Below the pieces are notes generated by a model. The model was not told the DNA's origin and made no database searches. It saw only the letters and a list, made by a program, of their open reading frames with translations. Position numbers and translations under genes: made by a program. Shown piece after piece: positions 62,221 through 64,000 of a stretch of DNA of 64,000 nt (position 1 is its first letter; the number at the start of each line of letters is the position of its first letter). The stretch spans positions 6,336,202 through 6,400,201 of the forward strand of contig CM082588.2 in NCBI GenBank assembly GCA_040954595.2, given 5' to 3'. Source of the DNA: Balanoglossus misakiensis. Its lineage: Eukaryota > Animalia > Hemichordata.

Positions 62221-62952
62221 CATTTAATATTTTGAAGAATAAAGATACAGACCTAACGCCCCTGGCAGCAACAGAAGAGGATGGTCTCCATGTCCTGTCT
62301 TCTTATAATGGATTTTAAAACCATTGACTTCTTGGTAATGTTCACTTACTTCAGAGCTATGAAAAGTGCAATAACAATGTTCTTGTCGTACCTTATTGCA
62401 GCCAAGCTAATATTTTGTTCACAAAGCAACCCAGCTGAGCCTGGGCGATTTTCCGACTGTCAGTATGTCGAATTCGCCACACTGCAATCCCATTGTCCAA
62501 ATTTATCGCGTTGTTATACCGGCGGCCACAAAGCCCTGAGTTTGTATGATTCAAGTCGGAACATAACCGAAATATGCCTATCCCTCAGATAGCCCTACAT
62601 TTCGGTTTATTTTGCGCGTGTTTTATTTATCCACGACCCCTTATGCGAACTAGGGCAAGGTTCCAATTAATATTCGAGTGGCGACTGCTCTTTACAGTGT
62701 GCACTATGGGCCGGCCATGAACTGGCGAATAATTGGCGTCTGTCAGCATGCAGGTGTGTCATCTTTCTCTGCTAACAAGACATAAAAGCACCGAGGTCGT
62801 TAATAAAAAAAGACTTATACATGCAGCCTAGGCACCACCGTTGCCCACAAGTACAAGCGGAAACCTCGGGCTAGATACTGTATGTGCACACCACACAATG
62901 TGCACACCAGCAATGTTACCTCGATCAGCAAAGAACAGTGCGATTACCTCAT
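59319..62952 (-). CDS. BPHL: Valacyclovir hydrolase / biphenyl hydrolase-like alpha/beta serine hydrolase
   Basis: Exons 62948-62952 (in-frame ATG; see finding on exon 1), 62253-62356, 60548-60714, 60261-60414, 59679-59934, 59319-59406. Motifs LLPGALGSGKTDF, AWDPQGYG, nucleophile GWSDGG, HGQRD and GKHNLHLRF; 257 aa from the in-frame ATG. Confidence 0.92.
62112..62220. repeat. Compound (ACC)n(AAC)n microsatellite
   Basis: Direct run in BPHL intron 2. Confidence 0.92.
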
Positions 62953-63429
62953 ACTTCGATGCGTTGTAGATCGCAGTCTCCAAATAATAAACCCTAGTTT
63001 TCTCGTAGGTCGCTCAGCGCTGTCGTCCAGCCGGTCGCCATTTTATGGGTACACAGCCACAACACATGTGACACGACCGAGACACGACCTTTAGGGCGAC
63101 CCTTTCCAGAAAGGGGCGGGTGACACATCACCACAATCGATGCACTGGTATTTAGCTTTGTAGAGGATCAACCGTCTTTGCCAGGCAATGTCGTGCATAT
63201 AAATCAACCATACTTCCCAATTTGTCATCAGCGAAATCAATGCGAAACGGTATAGTCTTGTAGTTAAATTTTGCCAAGATAACCGTTCCGAAAACAAAAA
63301 TAAGAGTGTGACCTGGTGTGGAAATGAAAACTAATCAAATCCAAAGTCCCGTAGAAAGTTCCGTAGTTTGGACACAGGACGCGACGATACCGCGACAGTT
63401 CCGACGTCCAGTCCGAGTAAATCCACAGG

Positions 63430-63603
63430 TTGACTGCACGGCTTCCAGGCCAGTATAACATGAGACGGCACGGCTTCCAGACCAGTACAACGTGAGACGG
63501 CACAGCTTCTAGGCGCGAGTTCCAGACCAGTACATGTACAACATGAGACAGCACAGTTTCCAGACACGGCTTCCCAGACACGACTTCCCAGACACGACTT
63601 CCA
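63430..63603. repeat. Degenerate minisatellite upstream of BPHL
   Basis: Repeated aca(t/c)g(t)gagacggcac(g/a)gcttccagaccagtaca units, followed by tandem gacacgacttccca-type 14-mers. Confidence 0.7.
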
Positions 63604-64000
63604 AGCCGGTTAGAACAGAACACAACTCACAGGCCAGTTCAATTAGCAGCTGCCCCACAACGTGGCAACGTGCAGGCTTTCACACGAGAAAAAAATAATG
63701 AATTCATCACACCTGGTCACAATATTCAAATGAAGAAAGTAAACGAAAAACACACCTGGTCACGAAAAACAATAGAAAACTTATCCTACGTAACATGGTC
63801 AATGATCACGTTCTCACGACTGCCCAGAACCCCATTATATTTAGCGATGCAGTTAACGTTAAATTGTAATATTCAATGAACTTTTGTAATTAGTGATATA
63901 TTACTGATTAAGTTACTGCACAAAACAGGATGAAGCACGCACTTAGTATGCATCTAATAAGTACGAGACATGTTTGTGAAACCCTCGCAAAATGATGCAA

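Noticed and set aside
61980-62318. Poly-Thr/poly-Asn ORF
   Set aside because: It is a translation of the (ACC)n(AAC)n microsatellite in a BPHL intron.
63430-63603. Repeat array considered as CRISPR-like
   Set aside because: The context is eukaryotic, the units are degenerate tandem repeats without unique spacers, and there are no cas genes.

Overview
This window is intron-rich eukaryotic genomic DNA from an animal. The gene set and splice signals suggest an invertebrate deuterostome, though that taxon call is an inference. I built gene models by hand from GT-AG boundaries and reading-frame phase. In order, they are: the 5' part of a large adenylate kinase 9 gene (AK9, minus strand, running off the left edge); a small spliced precursor of a secreted peptide (minus); an intronless Toll-like receptor (plus); an intronless orphan ORF with a signal peptide (plus); the Polycomb gene EED (minus, with a U12-type intron), head-to-head with macoilin (MACO1/TMEM57, plus); an ankyrin-repeat plus death-domain gene (plus); and a convergent BPHL-like serine hydrolase (minus). 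Several MITE families (Harbinger-, Kolobok-, piggyBac-, pogo- and Mutator-like) and microsatellites are also present. The most notable points are the unrecognised peptide precursor, a TLR lacking the BB-loop proline, two arrays of symmetric acidic cassette exons and microexons in AK9 with a dense TGCATG cluster, a three-fold ankyrin-pair module with an aromatic insertion, and an apparent frameshift or uORF in BPHL exon 1. I see no clear evidence of a new multi-gene system; the TLR-centred block is offered only as a hypothesis.
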